A DNA stretch of 64,000 nt from Klebsiella phage NU-KP11. The translations under genes were made by a program, and so were the position numbers. Where the stretch lies: the sequence record OR644643.1; one strand, written 5' to 3'. Below the pieces are notes generated by a model, which did not search any database, was not told where the DNA came from, and was given only the letters and a program-made list of their open reading frames with translations. Shown here piece by piece: positions 17,995-27,161 of the stretch (the first letter of the stretch is position 1; the number at the start of each line of letters is the position of its first letter).

Positions 17995-18559
17995 GCCGGA
18001 GTATTTTACCGTTACACGTTCCGCATTTGTCGTAGTCGTTAACACGTCCATACCCATTACATTCAGGACAAAACGGAGTAGTAACCCCGAAAACGTTACG
18101 GATCGCATAAGTGGATTGTTCTTCGGTCAACCCAACAAACCCATCAGTTTTAATAAAATGTTCTTTTTGTGAAGAAAGCATATCGGTGTCATCATCAAGA
18201 ATGAGATAGTTTTTACATCCGAAAGTATCGATCCATGCCTTGATTTCATCACCACGCATTCCAGTACTATGAGGGAAGTTAGTGCAAGTTTTACCAATGA
18301 TCCGATACAATCCCCACGGATAAAATATTTCACGTAGATTATGGGTACTGTTGCCGATTCTCCACGTAGAGGAAATGACGATATCACAATTAGCGTGATT
18401 CACTATCCGGCGTAAGTGTCGTGCGCATTCGATGTCCATATGTTCACCAAATTTCATGCACCGCATATTATTTAGAACGCCATCGATATCAAGAAAAATA
18501 ACGTTACCAATCTCGTTACCATCGCTCAAATCTTTTAAACATTCGTGATTTAAGTTCAT
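17990..18559 (-). CDS. HAD-like phosphatase with a C-terminal CxxCxGxG zinc ribbon
   Basis: VIFLDIDGVLNN is HAD motif I. The C-terminal CPECNGYG...CGTCNGK is a zinc-ribbon motif. Confidence 0.55.
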   Translation of the reverse strand: MNLNHECLKDLSDGNEIGNVIFLDIDGVLNNMRCMKFGEHMDIECARHLRRIVNHANCDIVISSTWRIGNSTHNLREIFYPWGLYRIIGKTCTNFPHSTGMRGDEIKAWIDTFGCKNYLILDDDTDMLSSQKEHFIKTDGFVGLTEEQSTYAIRNVFGVTTPFCPECNGYGRVNDYDKCGTCNGKILRL

Positions 18560-18576
18560 ATTTCACCTAAAAGAAA

Positions 18577-18598
18577 AGGGGCCGTAGCCCCTTGTTAA
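18577..18598 (-). terminator. Terminator hairpin GGGGCCGTAGCCCC
   Basis: The hairpin is followed by a T-run on the minus strand. It shares the flank CCCCTTGTTAATC with the hairpin at 36929. Confidence 0.55.
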
Positions 18599-18910
18599 TC
18601 AATAGAATCCGCGAGCTTCATTATCCAGTCTACGATCTGCAATCATATGAGCTTCCATTTGACGAGATACGTAATCAGGATCACACTCCATTCTTTCTTC
18701 TTCGTAGTTGTCCCAGGTATCAGCAACCCATTTAGAACCGTTCCAACGAGCATAACCAGGTTCAGCATGAACAGGATAATTTGCTTCCGCAGCGTGGCGA
18801 AGTGCTTCACCTACAGTGTAATAAGGAGCTTTAGAATTGACGATTTTCTTAACTTCACCATTAGTCCAAACAAACAGAACTGGGTAGTAAGCATTTTTCA
18901 TCATGTTCAT
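18599..18910 (-). CDS. Hypothetical protein (103 aa)
   Basis: ATG verified. A sigma70-like promoter (TTGACC, 17 nt, TATATT) lies on the minus strand at about 18930-18990. A terminator hairpin lies downstream at about 18577-18590. Confidence 0.5.
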   Translation of the reverse strand: MNMMKNAYYPVLFVWTNGEVKKIVNSKAPYYTVGEALRHAAEANYPVHAEPGYARWNGSKWVADTWDNYEEERMECDPDYVSRQMEAHMIADRRLDNEARGFY

Positions 18911-19002
18911 TTTGTATTTCCTTCTTCACTGCGAGAGCCATTCCCCCGCCTTCGAATACAAATATACTCGAACATCAGGGTAAGGTCAACTACTTTTTAA
19001 AA

Positions 19003-19581
19003 TTATTTTTTGAACGTGTCGAACTGGCTATTTCTGGTTTCGCGTACAGTAACCATCCCATCACGGTGCATGTACCATGCCAGCGACTTGAGGGTTTGAC
19101 GCGCTGAATAATGAGGGCAACCATCAGGATGCTTGTACCAATCCGGATTTTGTTTCATCCAATCATAGATCCAATACGGACACGTATAAAAGCCAGTATT
19201 CGAAACAGAGCGGCCCATCATGATGATAGACGGGGTAAACCCTTCCATCCATGCCAGTTCATCAGAAACCGTCTCAGAATCGCTTACAGGAGCTTGTAGA
19301 GCGTCGGGAACAATTTCAATCTGGTCGGCAATTTCCGGAGCAACATCAGGAACGGATGGTTCACCTTCGTATGTAACAATTTCCGGATCAGGGGAGTCGA
19401 TCAACAGTTCTGGTTTTTCTGCTGGTACGGCAGCTTCCAGATCAGCAAGCATATTTTCGAATGACTTCTGACGGTTCAGTTTGACATCAAACGTTTCTTG
19501 CGCGTAGGTAGCAAGCTGTAATTTGGCTTCTTTTTGTTCTAAGGCTTTGAAACCTTCAACCTTTTCGTAATCAATACTCAT
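19003..19581 (-). CDS. Hypothetical acidic protein (about 192 aa from the MSIDYEK ATG, which has a GGAG RBS)
   Basis: The track ORF extends to 19680. The ATG at 19581 has RBS GGAGAACTACAATG. Confidence 0.5.
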   Translation of the reverse strand: MSIDYEKVEGFKALEQKEAKLQLATYAQETFDVKLNRQKSFENMLADLEAAVPAEKPELLIDSPDPEIVTYEGEPSVPDVAPEIADQIEIVPDALQAPVSDSETVSDELAWMEGFTPSIIMMGRSVSNTGFYTCPYWIYDWMKQNPDWYKHPDGCPHYSARQTLKSLAWYMHRDGMVTVRETRNSQFDTFKK

Positions 19582-19613
19582 TGTAGTTCTCCAATGTTTA
19601 TCATTATTTAGCC

Positions 19614-19621
19614 TATAAATA
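19614..19621 (+). promoter_or_regulatory. T4-type late promoter TATAAATA (uvsW)
   Basis: The motif lies about 30 nt upstream of the uvsW GTG start. Confidence 0.6.
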
Positions 19622-19651
19622 TTCATATAAACCGTATATAGGATACACATA

Positions 19652-21151
19652 GTGGATATCGAAGTCAAATTCCTTAACACTAGTCATGTGCAGATTCAGG
19701 CAGAGGCTAACATAGTCTATGAATTGCGCGACTATTTCAGCTTCCAGCCGCCAGGTTATCAGTACCAGGCAAAATACAAATATGGTGGATGGAACGGCTA
19801 CATATACTTGATGGACTATAACGGGAAACTGCCCTACGGTTTAGCCTATCTTGTAACAAAATTCGCGGAGTCTCGCGGGTATTCTATCTGGATGGATCCT
19901 AAGATCCACGAAACAGAAGAAATTACCCAGCCAGATTTTGACAAGTGGTTAGAAGAACACCCAGTATACGACGGAAACAAGCAGATTGATCCGTATTGGT
20001 ATCAAAAACAATCGGTGTTCCATGCGATTAAAAACCGCCGTGCTGTGCTTAACCTCCCAACGTCAGCGGGTAAATCTCTTATTCAGGGGTTGATATCTCG
20101 TTGGTGTCTGGAAAATTACACAGGCAAAGTACTAATCATTGTCCCAACAACCGCCCTTGTTGATCAGATGATCGGTGATATTGTCAACTATCGCCTTTTA
20201 CCTCGCGAGGCAATGCTTGGAATACGTTCAGGAACTGCTAAAAACAGTAATGCATTGATCTACGTGTCTACGTGGCAATCGGCTGTTAAAATGCCTCCTG
20301 AGTGGTTTCAGCAGTTCATGTGTTTGATGGTGGATGAATGCCACAAATCAACCGGACAAAGCATACAGAAGATCATCAACACAATGGATCAGTGTATTTT
20401 CAAGTTTGGCCTTTCTGGTTCTCTGAAAGAAGGCAAAGCAAACATGATGCAATACATTGGCGCTTTTGGTCAAATCTTCAAGCCAGTTGATACAAATCGG
20501 TTGATGCAGGAAGGTCAAGTTACCAACCTTCGAATTAATACCATCTTCATGAGATATAAAGAGGATGAGATTAAGAAAATGAAGGGGGCAGATTACCAAA
20601 GCGAAATCAAGTATATAACATCGCATACCAGGCGTAACGCATGGATCTGTAAGCTGGCGTTGAAACTGGCAAGGGAAAAAGATGAAAACGTGTTTGTGAT
20701 GTTCAATCAGATCAAACATGGTAAATGGCTGTATGAGCAACTCAAAAAGGTATATGACAACGTTGTATACATTTCTGGGGAAACGGGGATTGATGAGCGA
20801 AACGAAATGAAACGGATCGCAGAATCAACGAAGGGGCTGATCGTAATCGGTTCTATTGGTGTACTGAGTACAGGTATTTCTGTTAAGAACCTGCATCACA
20901 TCATCTTCGGACATCCTTGCAAATCTGCTGTTATAGTCAAACAGTCAATTGGGCGCGTACTGCGTAAACATGATTCTAAATCTCTTGCTACTGTTTGGGA
21001 TTTGGTTGATAACTTAGCAACGCTGGCAAAGTCCAAAAATGCTAAAAATAAATATTCATACAAAAACTATGGTATGAAACACGCAATCGAACGAGTACGC
21101 ATTTACAATGAAGAAAAGTTTGACTACGTGATCAAACAAATCGAAATTTAG
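19652..21151 (+). CDS. uvsW: UvsW DNA/RNA helicase (SF2)
   Basis: MDIEVKF.. aligns with T4 UvsW MDIKVHF... Motifs LNLPTSAGKS (Walker A), MVDECHK (DExH), and SIGRVLRKH are present. The start codon is GTG, with AGGA 9 nt upstream. A + strand late promoter TATAAATA lies at about 19614-19621. Confidence 0.9.
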   Translation: MDIEVKFLNTSHVQIQAEANIVYELRDYFSFQPPGYQYQAKYKYGGWNGYIYLMDYNGKLPYGLAYLVTKFAESRGYSIWMDPKIHETEEITQPDFDKWLEEHPVYDGNKQIDPYWYQKQSVFHAIKNRRAVLNLPTSAGKSLIQGLISRWCLENYTGKVLIIVPTTALVDQMIGDIVNYRLLPREAMLGIRSGTAKNSNALIYVSTWQSAVKMPPEWFQQFMCLMVDECHKSTGQSIQKIINTMDQCIFKFGLSGSLKEGKANMMQYIGAFGQIFKPVDTNRLMQEGQVTNLRINTIFMRYKEDEIKKMKGADYQSEIKYITSHTRRNAWICKLALKLAREKDENVFVMFNQIKHGKWLYEQLKKVYDNVVYISGETGIDERNEMKRIAESTKGLIVIGSIGVLSTGISVKNLHHIIFGHPCKSAVIVKQSIGRVLRKHDSKSLATVWDLVDNLATLAKSKNAKNKYSYKNYGMKHAIERVRIYNEEKFDYVIKQIEI

Positions 21152-21160
21152 AGGTTAAAA

Positions 21161-21394
21161 ATGAAGAGTTTCAACGATTTTCGACTTTATGAGGCGGCTA
21201 TTGATGATTTCATGAGCAAGGTCGCCTCTTGCCGTACTATGGACGGCCTTAAAGAGCTTGAAAAATATTACAAAAATCGTGTAAAAGAAGTTGATGTTGC
21301 ACCGTCAGACGATATTTCTATGCGCGATGCGCTGAAAGGTCGAGCCGAAGAATTAAAGGCCGAACTCGAAAGCGGAGAAGAAGAAAAGTTCTAA
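21161..21394 (+). CDS. UvsW.1-like small acidic protein (77 aa)
   Basis: Size and position match T4 uvsW.1 (76 aa), which sits immediately downstream of uvsW. RBS GAGGTTAAAAATG is present. Confidence 0.55.
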   Translation: MKSFNDFRLYEAAIDDFMSKVASCRTMDGLKELEKYYKNRVKEVDVAPSDDISMRDALKGRAEELKAELESGEEEKF

Positions 21395-21399
21395 AAAGA

Positions 21400-21426
21400 A
21401 GCCCCAACCGAAAGGAAGGGGCTTTT
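21400..21426. terminator. Bidirectional terminator AGCCCCAACCGAAAGGAAGGGGCTT (copy 1)
   Basis: A-run upstream and T-run downstream. An identical 25-nt core occurs at about 55369. Confidence 0.6.
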
Positions 21427-21828
21427 GTACATTTGCTTAACGCCAGTGCTGTACTATTCTGGCTATTCTATTCACATGCCCTTGATCGAAGGTATATTAT
21501 CAATCACCCCGCCGAAGGTAAACTCCATCGGACGGCGCAAAAGAGTACGCCTATCATCCAGCATTCTTTTATCAAGCCCCTTTCGGGTACACATGTATTT
21601 AGGACGCGATTTTGTTGCCTCCATCGCCCGTTTTGCCTCCGTAATGGGGAACTATGGGATCCAGGCAAAGAACCCCGTACAAGCCTCATTCATTACGCAT
21701 AATCGGTTTGTCATGCCTATGGCATAGTTTTACCTATCCTAAAAATCAGGATGTTCGTCAGATTCTAACAGATCCGGACGTTCATCACGGTCTGTAATTC
21801 CTTCACCATATCCAATCATAAGATTCTC

Positions 21829-22005
21829 CTACAGCAACATTTGAACTTCATTCAGATCATCGGATTCGTTGATCTCGCCGCTTTTTGTTTTTTCTGCGAT
21901 GTAGTCAGCACAGATAGTGCTACACACGCGCCCGGATTCAGTCACATAACCAGTAGAAGGAACCGGACACTTGCACACTACACATTTTTCATTTTCAGTA
22001 GACAT
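21829..22005 (-). CDS. Small Cys-rich (zinc-ribbon-like) protein of about 58 aa. It corresponds positionally to T4 uvsY.-1. It is not in the ORF track.
   Basis: Reverse translation gives MSTENEKCVVCKCPVPSTGYVTESGRVCSTICADYIAEKTKSGEINESDDLNEVQMLL. Its ATG overlaps the uvsY stop (TAATG). Confidence 0.4.
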   Translation of the reverse strand: MSTENEKCVVCKCPVPSTGYVTESGRVCSTICADYIAEKTKSGEINESDDLNEVQMLL

Positions 22006-22424
22006 TATGCACCACTTTCTAATTTACGGATCTCCAACATGTTTTTGATAGAGTATCCTTTGTTTTTGACGATATCCAGTGCTTTACTGGTGAAATCTAC
22101 CACCATGTCATAATACTGGATCAGTTTGTTGGTTTCTACAATCTTCGGATCCCCAGCGATCGCGATTTTGATTTCAGTAGTCCCAGTATACACCACTTCG
22201 CACATTTCTTTGTCATGTCTTCCGGTGTAGTACAACATACGATCCTTCACATCAGCTTCTTTTTTAGCATGAAGTTGGATCAGTTTTTTCTTCGCGTTTG
22301 AATGGTAACGAAGCCATTTAGCCCAAATCTTAGGGATATCCGCTGATTCTGATTGCAACTTGAGGGGATCTATCAGCATATCCTTTTCAAGTTCATTTTG
22401 CAGATCTTCTAATTTCAAACTCAT
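22005..22424 (-). CDS. uvsY: UvsY recombination mediator protein
   Basis: MSLKLEDLQNELEKD... is colinear with T4 UvsY (MRLEDLQEELKKD...). At 139 aa it is close to T4's 137 aa. Confidence 0.9.
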   Translation of the reverse strand: MSLKLEDLQNELEKDMLIDPLKLQSESADIPKIWAKWLRYHSNAKKKLIQLHAKKEADVKDRMLYYTGRHDKEMCEVVYTGTTEIKIAIAGDPKIVETNKLIQYYDMVVDFTSKALDIVKNKGYSIKNMLEIRKLESGA

Positions 22425-22725
22425 AACATACTCACCAATTTACCCAGTTGATCTATAATATACTATATTAATTTGTAGTCAAATTTAAATTGATCTAATA
22501 TAATATATTATTAAAAGAATAATTATACATGATCTAATTTATAAAATCAAATTTATTTTTACTTGATTTCAAAAATTATTTGATCTATAATAATTATAAT
22601 TAATAAATTTTATCATAAATCATTTATAAATTCAAGATCTAATTTAATATTAATTATAATTATTAAAAGATGGAGTAAGTTTCCCTACTCCACCTATTGA
22701 ATATTATCCCCGTTGGGTTATACTA
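22425..22725. promoter_or_regulatory. AT-rich (about 85% AT) intergenic island with 5 clustered GATC sites and sigma70-like promoters on both strands. It is a candidate oriF-like origin/regulatory region upstream of uvsY.
   Basis: GATC at about 22450, 22492, 22531, 22582 and 22636. Plus strand: TTGATT, 17 nt, TATAAT at about 22563-22591. Minus strand: TTGACT, 16 nt, TATTAT at about 22455-22482, directed at uvsY. Confidence 0.5.
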
Positions 22726-24015
22726 TCAACCCAGTTTAGGAAGTTTGATACCCACAATCTGACTCATCTTAGATTTACCTGAGAGGTTTACCCAGTCATC
22801 ACCTTTCACAAGTCTTTCGTTTGCAGCAGTGGTATATGGGTTAACCGATAAACCGTAGCGCATCAGAATAGCAACTTTAGGCTGTAAGGATTGAGGATCA
22901 ACAGAAATCTTGATCGAACCTGCCTGATCAGCTTCTGTGTATGGCGTATAGAACAGAGAGCCAACATGATCCATTTCACCCAGATCATACTTGCAACCAG
23001 TCAGCAGGTAATCAAACGGTGTATTGGTGTCAGTATAGACATAATAACCGTTTTTAAGTCGCCCTGTCGCTAACGGGTGGGTTTCATCGGTTTCATGCAT
23101 CCAACCAGACGCAGCCAGAACGCCTACAACGCGAGAAGATGCCAGGACATAGGTAGCTTCAAATGAAGTCGTTCTATTCATTTCCTGCCCCATTTCACAC
23201 ACTAATTGATACAGGAAACGACCTAAAGCCGGAGCATCCTTTGCAGTGTATGCGGTTGTAGCATCGAAAATGCCGTTTGTGATTACACCATCAACGTTGT
23301 AACGATTTGATACGTTGATCAGAGTCTGAATGATATCTTTGTTTACTTCTTCACTGGCAACAGTACCCAAAACATCTTCAATCACATTTTCTGCGTTGAA
23401 TTGGTTTGCTTCCAGATCCTGCATAAGTTCCACGGTCATTTCAGTTTTGAATTTGCGGGAACGAACGTTGATATTCCAACGATCCATTTCGAAAGAAGTT
23501 GTACTAATATCTTCGCTGGTTTCATACTGACTTGTTGGCGCGGCTTCGCTTGCCATGCGTAATTTATTGCTGAATAATGCGACCATAATCGCTTCATCAA
23601 TATCAGCACCTGCGAGAGTTACGCTATCAGTTACTTCGTATACAACATCACTTGTCGGGTGTTTGAAAACTTGGCCTTTGGTGTAGGCAGTACCAACCGT
23701 ACCATTTGAAATATTATCGCGGCTTGCATACTTACCGGAATAGGTAGCAGCGCTGGAAAACGTCATATCGCCTTTAGGGTTACGATAACGCACACCGAAC
23801 AGAGTTGCGGTAGGTAAATTAGTTTCCTGAATCGCTACAAGTTCACCGTAGATCAGGTTGTTTACCGCACGGGTAAGAGATACCAGATCCGGACGGGTAT
23901 TAGCTACGTTAATTGTTTCTGTTCCGGTTGCCTCATCAAGAACCTTTTTAGACAGGCCAGGCGGTAGCTGTGACTGACGCACCAGCTTGTTAATTGTGTA
24001 AAATTTTTCACTCAT
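22726..24015 (-). CDS. 24: Capsid vertex protein gp24
   Basis: RPDLVSLTRAVNNLIYGELVAIQETNLP... and the C-terminal VDPQSLQPKVAILMRYGLSVNPYT are colinear with T4 gp24. The track start at 24039 is TTG. The ATG at 24015 (MSEKFYT...) has an AGGAA RBS and gives about 429 aa. Confidence 0.9.
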   Translation of the reverse strand: MSEKFYTINKLVRQSQLPPGLSKKVLDEATGTETINVANTRPDLVSLTRAVNNLIYGELVAIQETNLPTATLFGVRYRNPKGDMTFSSAATYSGKYASRDNISNGTVGTAYTKGQVFKHPTSDVVYEVTDSVTLAGADIDEAIMVALFSNKLRMASEAAPTSQYETSEDISTTSFEMDRWNINVRSRKFKTEMTVELMQDLEANQFNAENVIEDVLGTVASEEVNKDIIQTLINVSNRYNVDGVITNGIFDATTAYTAKDAPALGRFLYQLVCEMGQEMNRTTSFEATYVLASSRVVGVLAASGWMHETDETHPLATGRLKNGYYVYTDTNTPFDYLLTGCKYDLGEMDHVGSLFYTPYTEADQAGSIKISVDPQSLQPKVAILMRYGLSVNPYTTAANERLVKGDDWVNLSGKSKMSQIVGIKLPKLG

Positions 24016-24048
24016 TTTATGTTCCTGCGTTATTGACAAACTTTTCTT

Positions 24049-24056
24049 TATTTATG
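24049..24056 (-). promoter_or_regulatory. Late-promoter variant CATAAATA (gp24)
   Basis: The variant lies about 34 nt upstream of the gp24 ATG at 24015. Confidence 0.35.
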
Positions 24057-24066
24057 TAATAAAAAA

Positions 24067-24090
24067 GGGAACCTTGCGGTTCCCTCTTGG
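24067..24090 (-). terminator. Terminator after the major capsid gene (GGGAACCTTGCGGTTCCC)
   Basis: The hairpin is followed by TTTTTT on the minus strand. It is the same hairpin family as the one at 16056. Confidence 0.7.
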
Positions 24091-24102
24091 AAAAGTTGGC
24101 TA

Positions 24103-25671
24103 TTACAGCCCTTTAACGTATACTTTACGGAAGTATGCGTTTTTACCGAACATTTCTTTGGTAATCATACCAGAAGTGATACGGTCGGACGGAGCCTGAG
24201 AGCGAGAGTTCGCAAACGGGTTGATACCTACACCGTAACGAGTTTTGAAGCCCATTACTGGCTGGAAGTTCTTCGGATCAGAACCACGCAGCGGGGTCAG
24301 CGCAACATACGGAGCGTAGTAGATACCAGCATCCATTTCGTTATCGCCTTTGTAACCCACGGTGAAGTAATCACCACGTGCATACTGGTCGATGTATACT
24401 TTATACACGCCACCCAGAACACCAGCGAATACTGCTTTAGTGGTGTCAACGTTCAGAGTCTTCTGGAGACCTTGACCTGCCGGAGTGATACCGCTATCGA
24501 TACGAGCCAGAGCGGAAACCACGTTACGGGAAGCGATGATGAAGTTACCAGCACCACGACCAGTTTGACGTGCGATTTCGTTTGCTTCTTTGTCGATCTG
24601 AATCAGCAGAGCTTTGTAGCTTTCACCAGCCCAACGAGCGCCACGAACATCAATCGGATCCTGGAAGTCAAACGCACCAGCTTTAGAGCCAACGGTCTGA
24701 GTGAAACCAGTTTTACCAACCTGTGCGGTATAGTTGATCATGTCAACGATTTCGCGGTTGATTTCCAGCATGATTTCGGTTGCCAGAATAGCAGACAGTT
24801 CGGCGTCAGCGTCCATACCGTGAACAGCGCGGAGATCCTGAGCCAGTTCTACAGAGTACTGTGCTTTCAGTTGGCGGCTACGTGCTTCGATAACCTGCTT
24901 ATCGATACGGAAGCCCATTTCGTTCCACGGGTTGCCAGTAGAACCGTTGAACTGTTCTTGCAGTTCTGCTACACTGGTAGCCATACCGTAAGAAATTTCA
25001 GCCAGAGTACCTTTTTCCTGTTCGGCGATAACAGCAGCATCCAGAGCATCGTCGGTAGAACCAGTTACAGTAACCGGAGCGCCAGAAACGTTCTGGAGGA
25101 ACACACGACCAGTTTCAACGAAATCGTGGAACACAATAGCGCCGTCAGCAATAGCCTGAGCAGAAGTCAGTTTGGTAAAGCCGTTGCTCGGAGCCGCGCC
25201 CTGACCGGAGTACATGCTATCCGGGGAGAACATCGGATGGAATGCTTCTTTAGCACCGGAAGCCAGCGGATCTTTACCGTACACTGCGCGGAGAGCGAAC
25301 ACCTGACCAGTAGGGCCAGTCATCGGCTGAACACCGCAGATATCGAATGCGATCAGGTTAGGAATCGCACGGCGAACCATACCGATTACAGCAGGGCCGA
25401 TGTTGGTGATAGCACCGCTTGAGTTACCAGAAGCGATTTTGGTTGCGTCGTAACCGTGGTCACCAGCAATTTCAGCTTCCGCCAGGAAACCACCGAAGGA
25501 TTCAACGATTTTCTCGTCGCGGTAAACCGGATCAACTTCTGCGTCTTTTTCCTGTGCTTCCATAATGGCAGCAATCAGTTGTTTTTTGGATTTGGTAGCG
25601 ATATCCGGTAAGCCTTCCTGAGACTCCAGAAGATCGTTCCATTTTTCCATCAATTCGTTTTTCTTAGACAT
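24103..25671 (-). CDS. 23: Major capsid protein gp23
   Basis: The protein is 522 aa with extensive identity to T4 gp23 (GPAVIGMVRRAIPNLIAFDICGVQPM, YYAPYVALTPLRGSDPKNFQPVMGFKTRYG). A terminator hairpin lies downstream at about 24067-24084. Confidence 0.97.
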   Translation of the reverse strand: MSKKNELMEKWNDLLESQEGLPDIATKSKKQLIAAIMEAQEKDAEVDPVYRDEKIVESFGGFLAEAEIAGDHGYDATKIASGNSSGAITNIGPAVIGMVRRAIPNLIAFDICGVQPMTGPTGQVFALRAVYGKDPLASGAKEAFHPMFSPDSMYSGQGAAPSNGFTKLTSAQAIADGAIVFHDFVETGRVFLQNVSGAPVTVTGSTDDALDAAVIAEQEKGTLAEISYGMATSVAELQEQFNGSTGNPWNEMGFRIDKQVIEARSRQLKAQYSVELAQDLRAVHGMDADAELSAILATEIMLEINREIVDMINYTAQVGKTGFTQTVGSKAGAFDFQDPIDVRGARWAGESYKALLIQIDKEANEIARQTGRGAGNFIIASRNVVSALARIDSGITPAGQGLQKTLNVDTTKAVFAGVLGGVYKVYIDQYARGDYFTVGYKGDNEMDAGIYYAPYVALTPLRGSDPKNFQPVMGFKTRYGVGINPFANSRSQAPSDRITSGMITKEMFGKNAYFRKVYVKGL

Positions 25672-25690
25672 TGTTTCTTACCTTTTGAAA

Positions 25691-26479
25691 TTAAGAAAGG
25701 GCTTTTGCCGCTTGTACATATTTATTGATCTTGGATTTCTCTGCCGGAACACTTTCAACTACCGGAACAAAGTCATCTTTCGTTTGCGGAGTATTTACAG
25801 ACTCGTCAACGGGTTTTTCAGCTTTGGTTGCTACCATTTCAACAATTGCGCTGAGTTTATTTTCGAAGGTTGCGGAATATTCCAGCCCTTCAATCAGAGA
25901 TTCTACTTTTTCGACCTGAGATTCGGTCAAACCTTTAGTTTTCTCTGAAACTAATGCATTGCGTTTCATTTCTGAAATTTCTTTGGTCAGTTCCTGATTC
26001 GCTTCAAACAGGGTTTTAACTTCCTGCTGATTCTCAGTCAGTTCGTCTTCCAGTTCGGCGACTACATCAACCTGTTCTTCCGGAATGACAACGTTATGTT
26101 CAACCAGAACTTCTTTGAGGCCCATGATCAGGGATTCAAACAGGTCGGCTTTGATGTCACGGGAAACGGCTTCTTTGTTTTCTTTCAGCCATTCTTCGGA
26201 AATGTGCGCAAAATATTTATCAGCATCTTCGTACAGCTTAGTTTCGATTTCAGCGGCACGTTCAGTTACCTGAGCTTCGACCAGTTCGTCGGAACGTTCC
26301 GCGATCTGGGTAATGTGGGATTCAGCGAGTTTTGCAGCGCCAGCTTTTACAGCTTGTTCGAATACAGTGGTGAATGTCGCTTTCACGTCATCAGAAAGTT
26401 CAACTGATTCGAAAATGCTGTCTAACTCGACCGGAGTATCCAGGTTCTGGGCTTCCGCCAGCAGTTGTTCTTTAAGCAT
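25691..26479 (-). CDS. 22: Prohead core scaffolding protein gp22
   Basis: Acidic, helical 262-aa protein positioned between gp21 and gp23. A late promoter lies at about 26508-26515. Confidence 0.85.
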   Translation of the reverse strand: MLKEQLLAEAQNLDTPVELDSIFESVELSDDVKATFTTVFEQAVKAGAAKLAESHITQIAERSDELVEAQVTERAAEIETKLYEDADKYFAHISEEWLKENKEAVSRDIKADLFESLIMGLKEVLVEHNVVIPEEQVDVVAELEDELTENQQEVKTLFEANQELTKEISEMKRNALVSEKTKGLTESQVEKVESLIEGLEYSATFENKLSAIVEMVATKAEKPVDESVNTPQTKDDFVPVVESVPAEKSKINKYVQAAKALS

Positions 26480-26507
26480 TTTTGATTTTCCTGTTGTTTT
26501 GTTTAAT

Positions 26508-26515
26508 GTATTTAT
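26508..26515 (-). promoter_or_regulatory. Late promoter TATAAATA (gp22)
   Basis: The motif lies about 29 nt upstream of the gp22 ATG. Confidence 0.6.
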
Positions 26516-27159
26516 AGACCTTTCAAACGCTCGGACAATGCCAGAAAAGCGTCATCAGCACTATTATTCTCAACAAGCGGTTTGCTTTGCTGATTTTCCA
26601 CTATAGGCTTAACATATGCATCAGGTGCGCTTGGCCCCCAGACGACATCAACGCCTACAGCTAATTTAAAGCCCTTTTGTACAACGCCGTAGCCTTTGCC
26701 GGAATCGGAGAGCTTACCTAATCCACGGGAAGAAACACCAGGAACCCAACCAGCACGAATCAACGCCGCCAGTTTGTCACCATCACCACCGTCGCCTTCA
26801 ACAACAACAGCGCGGCCCCAAACATCGTTACCCTTCCACCACAATTTTTCAATCAGGATGCAAGCATTTCGCGGATCCACATTCGGGCGCGGAGGGTGAT
26901 TCATTTCACCTAATGCTTGACGGGTGTTAACTTGAGTTCTAATATAATCGTTAACTGCTTCTTCAAGTACGTTTTTAGGATACAAACGACGGTTACGGTT
27001 AACCTTTTCGGCTTGAAGGAAAATACCTTCGATCCGCAATTTACCGTCTTTTGATTCCCCAACAGATTCTAAAATAGATTCTGAAACGTCACCGCAAGGT
27101 AAACCCCATTCTTCGATTAAAAGCATATCGCCGTTTTCGTTGATTTGGGATTCATTCAT
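26512..27159 (-). CDS. 21: Prohead core protease gp21
   Basis: 215 aa in size and in the position of T4 gp21. It carries a serine-protease-like core. Confidence 0.85.
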   Translation of the reverse strand: MNESQINENGDMLLIEEWGLPCGDVSESILESVGESKDGKLRIEGIFLQAEKVNRNRRLYPKNVLEEAVNDYIRTQVNTRQALGEMNHPPRPNVDPRNACILIEKLWWKGNDVWGRAVVVEGDGGDGDKLAALIRAGWVPGVSSRGLGKLSDSGKGYGVVQKGFKLAVGVDVVWGPSAPDAYVKPIVENQQSKPLVENNSADDAFLALSERLKGL

Positions 27160-27161
27160 AT

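Noticed and set aside
21425-21727. Overlapping + strand ORFs of 100 and 89 aa after the uvsW.1 terminator
   Set aside because: There is no RBS. Two frames and a minus frame are all open, the composition is atypical, and they lie immediately downstream of a terminator. I treated the region as non-coding and reported it as a finding instead.
24472-25422. 316-aa + strand ORF, and other + strand ORFs inside nrdD, gp23, gp20, gp18, gp7 and similar genes
   Set aside because: These are antisense to strongly homologous structural or enzymatic genes. They have no RBS and low-complexity Ser/Thr-rich translations, so I treated them as artefacts of the six-frame track.
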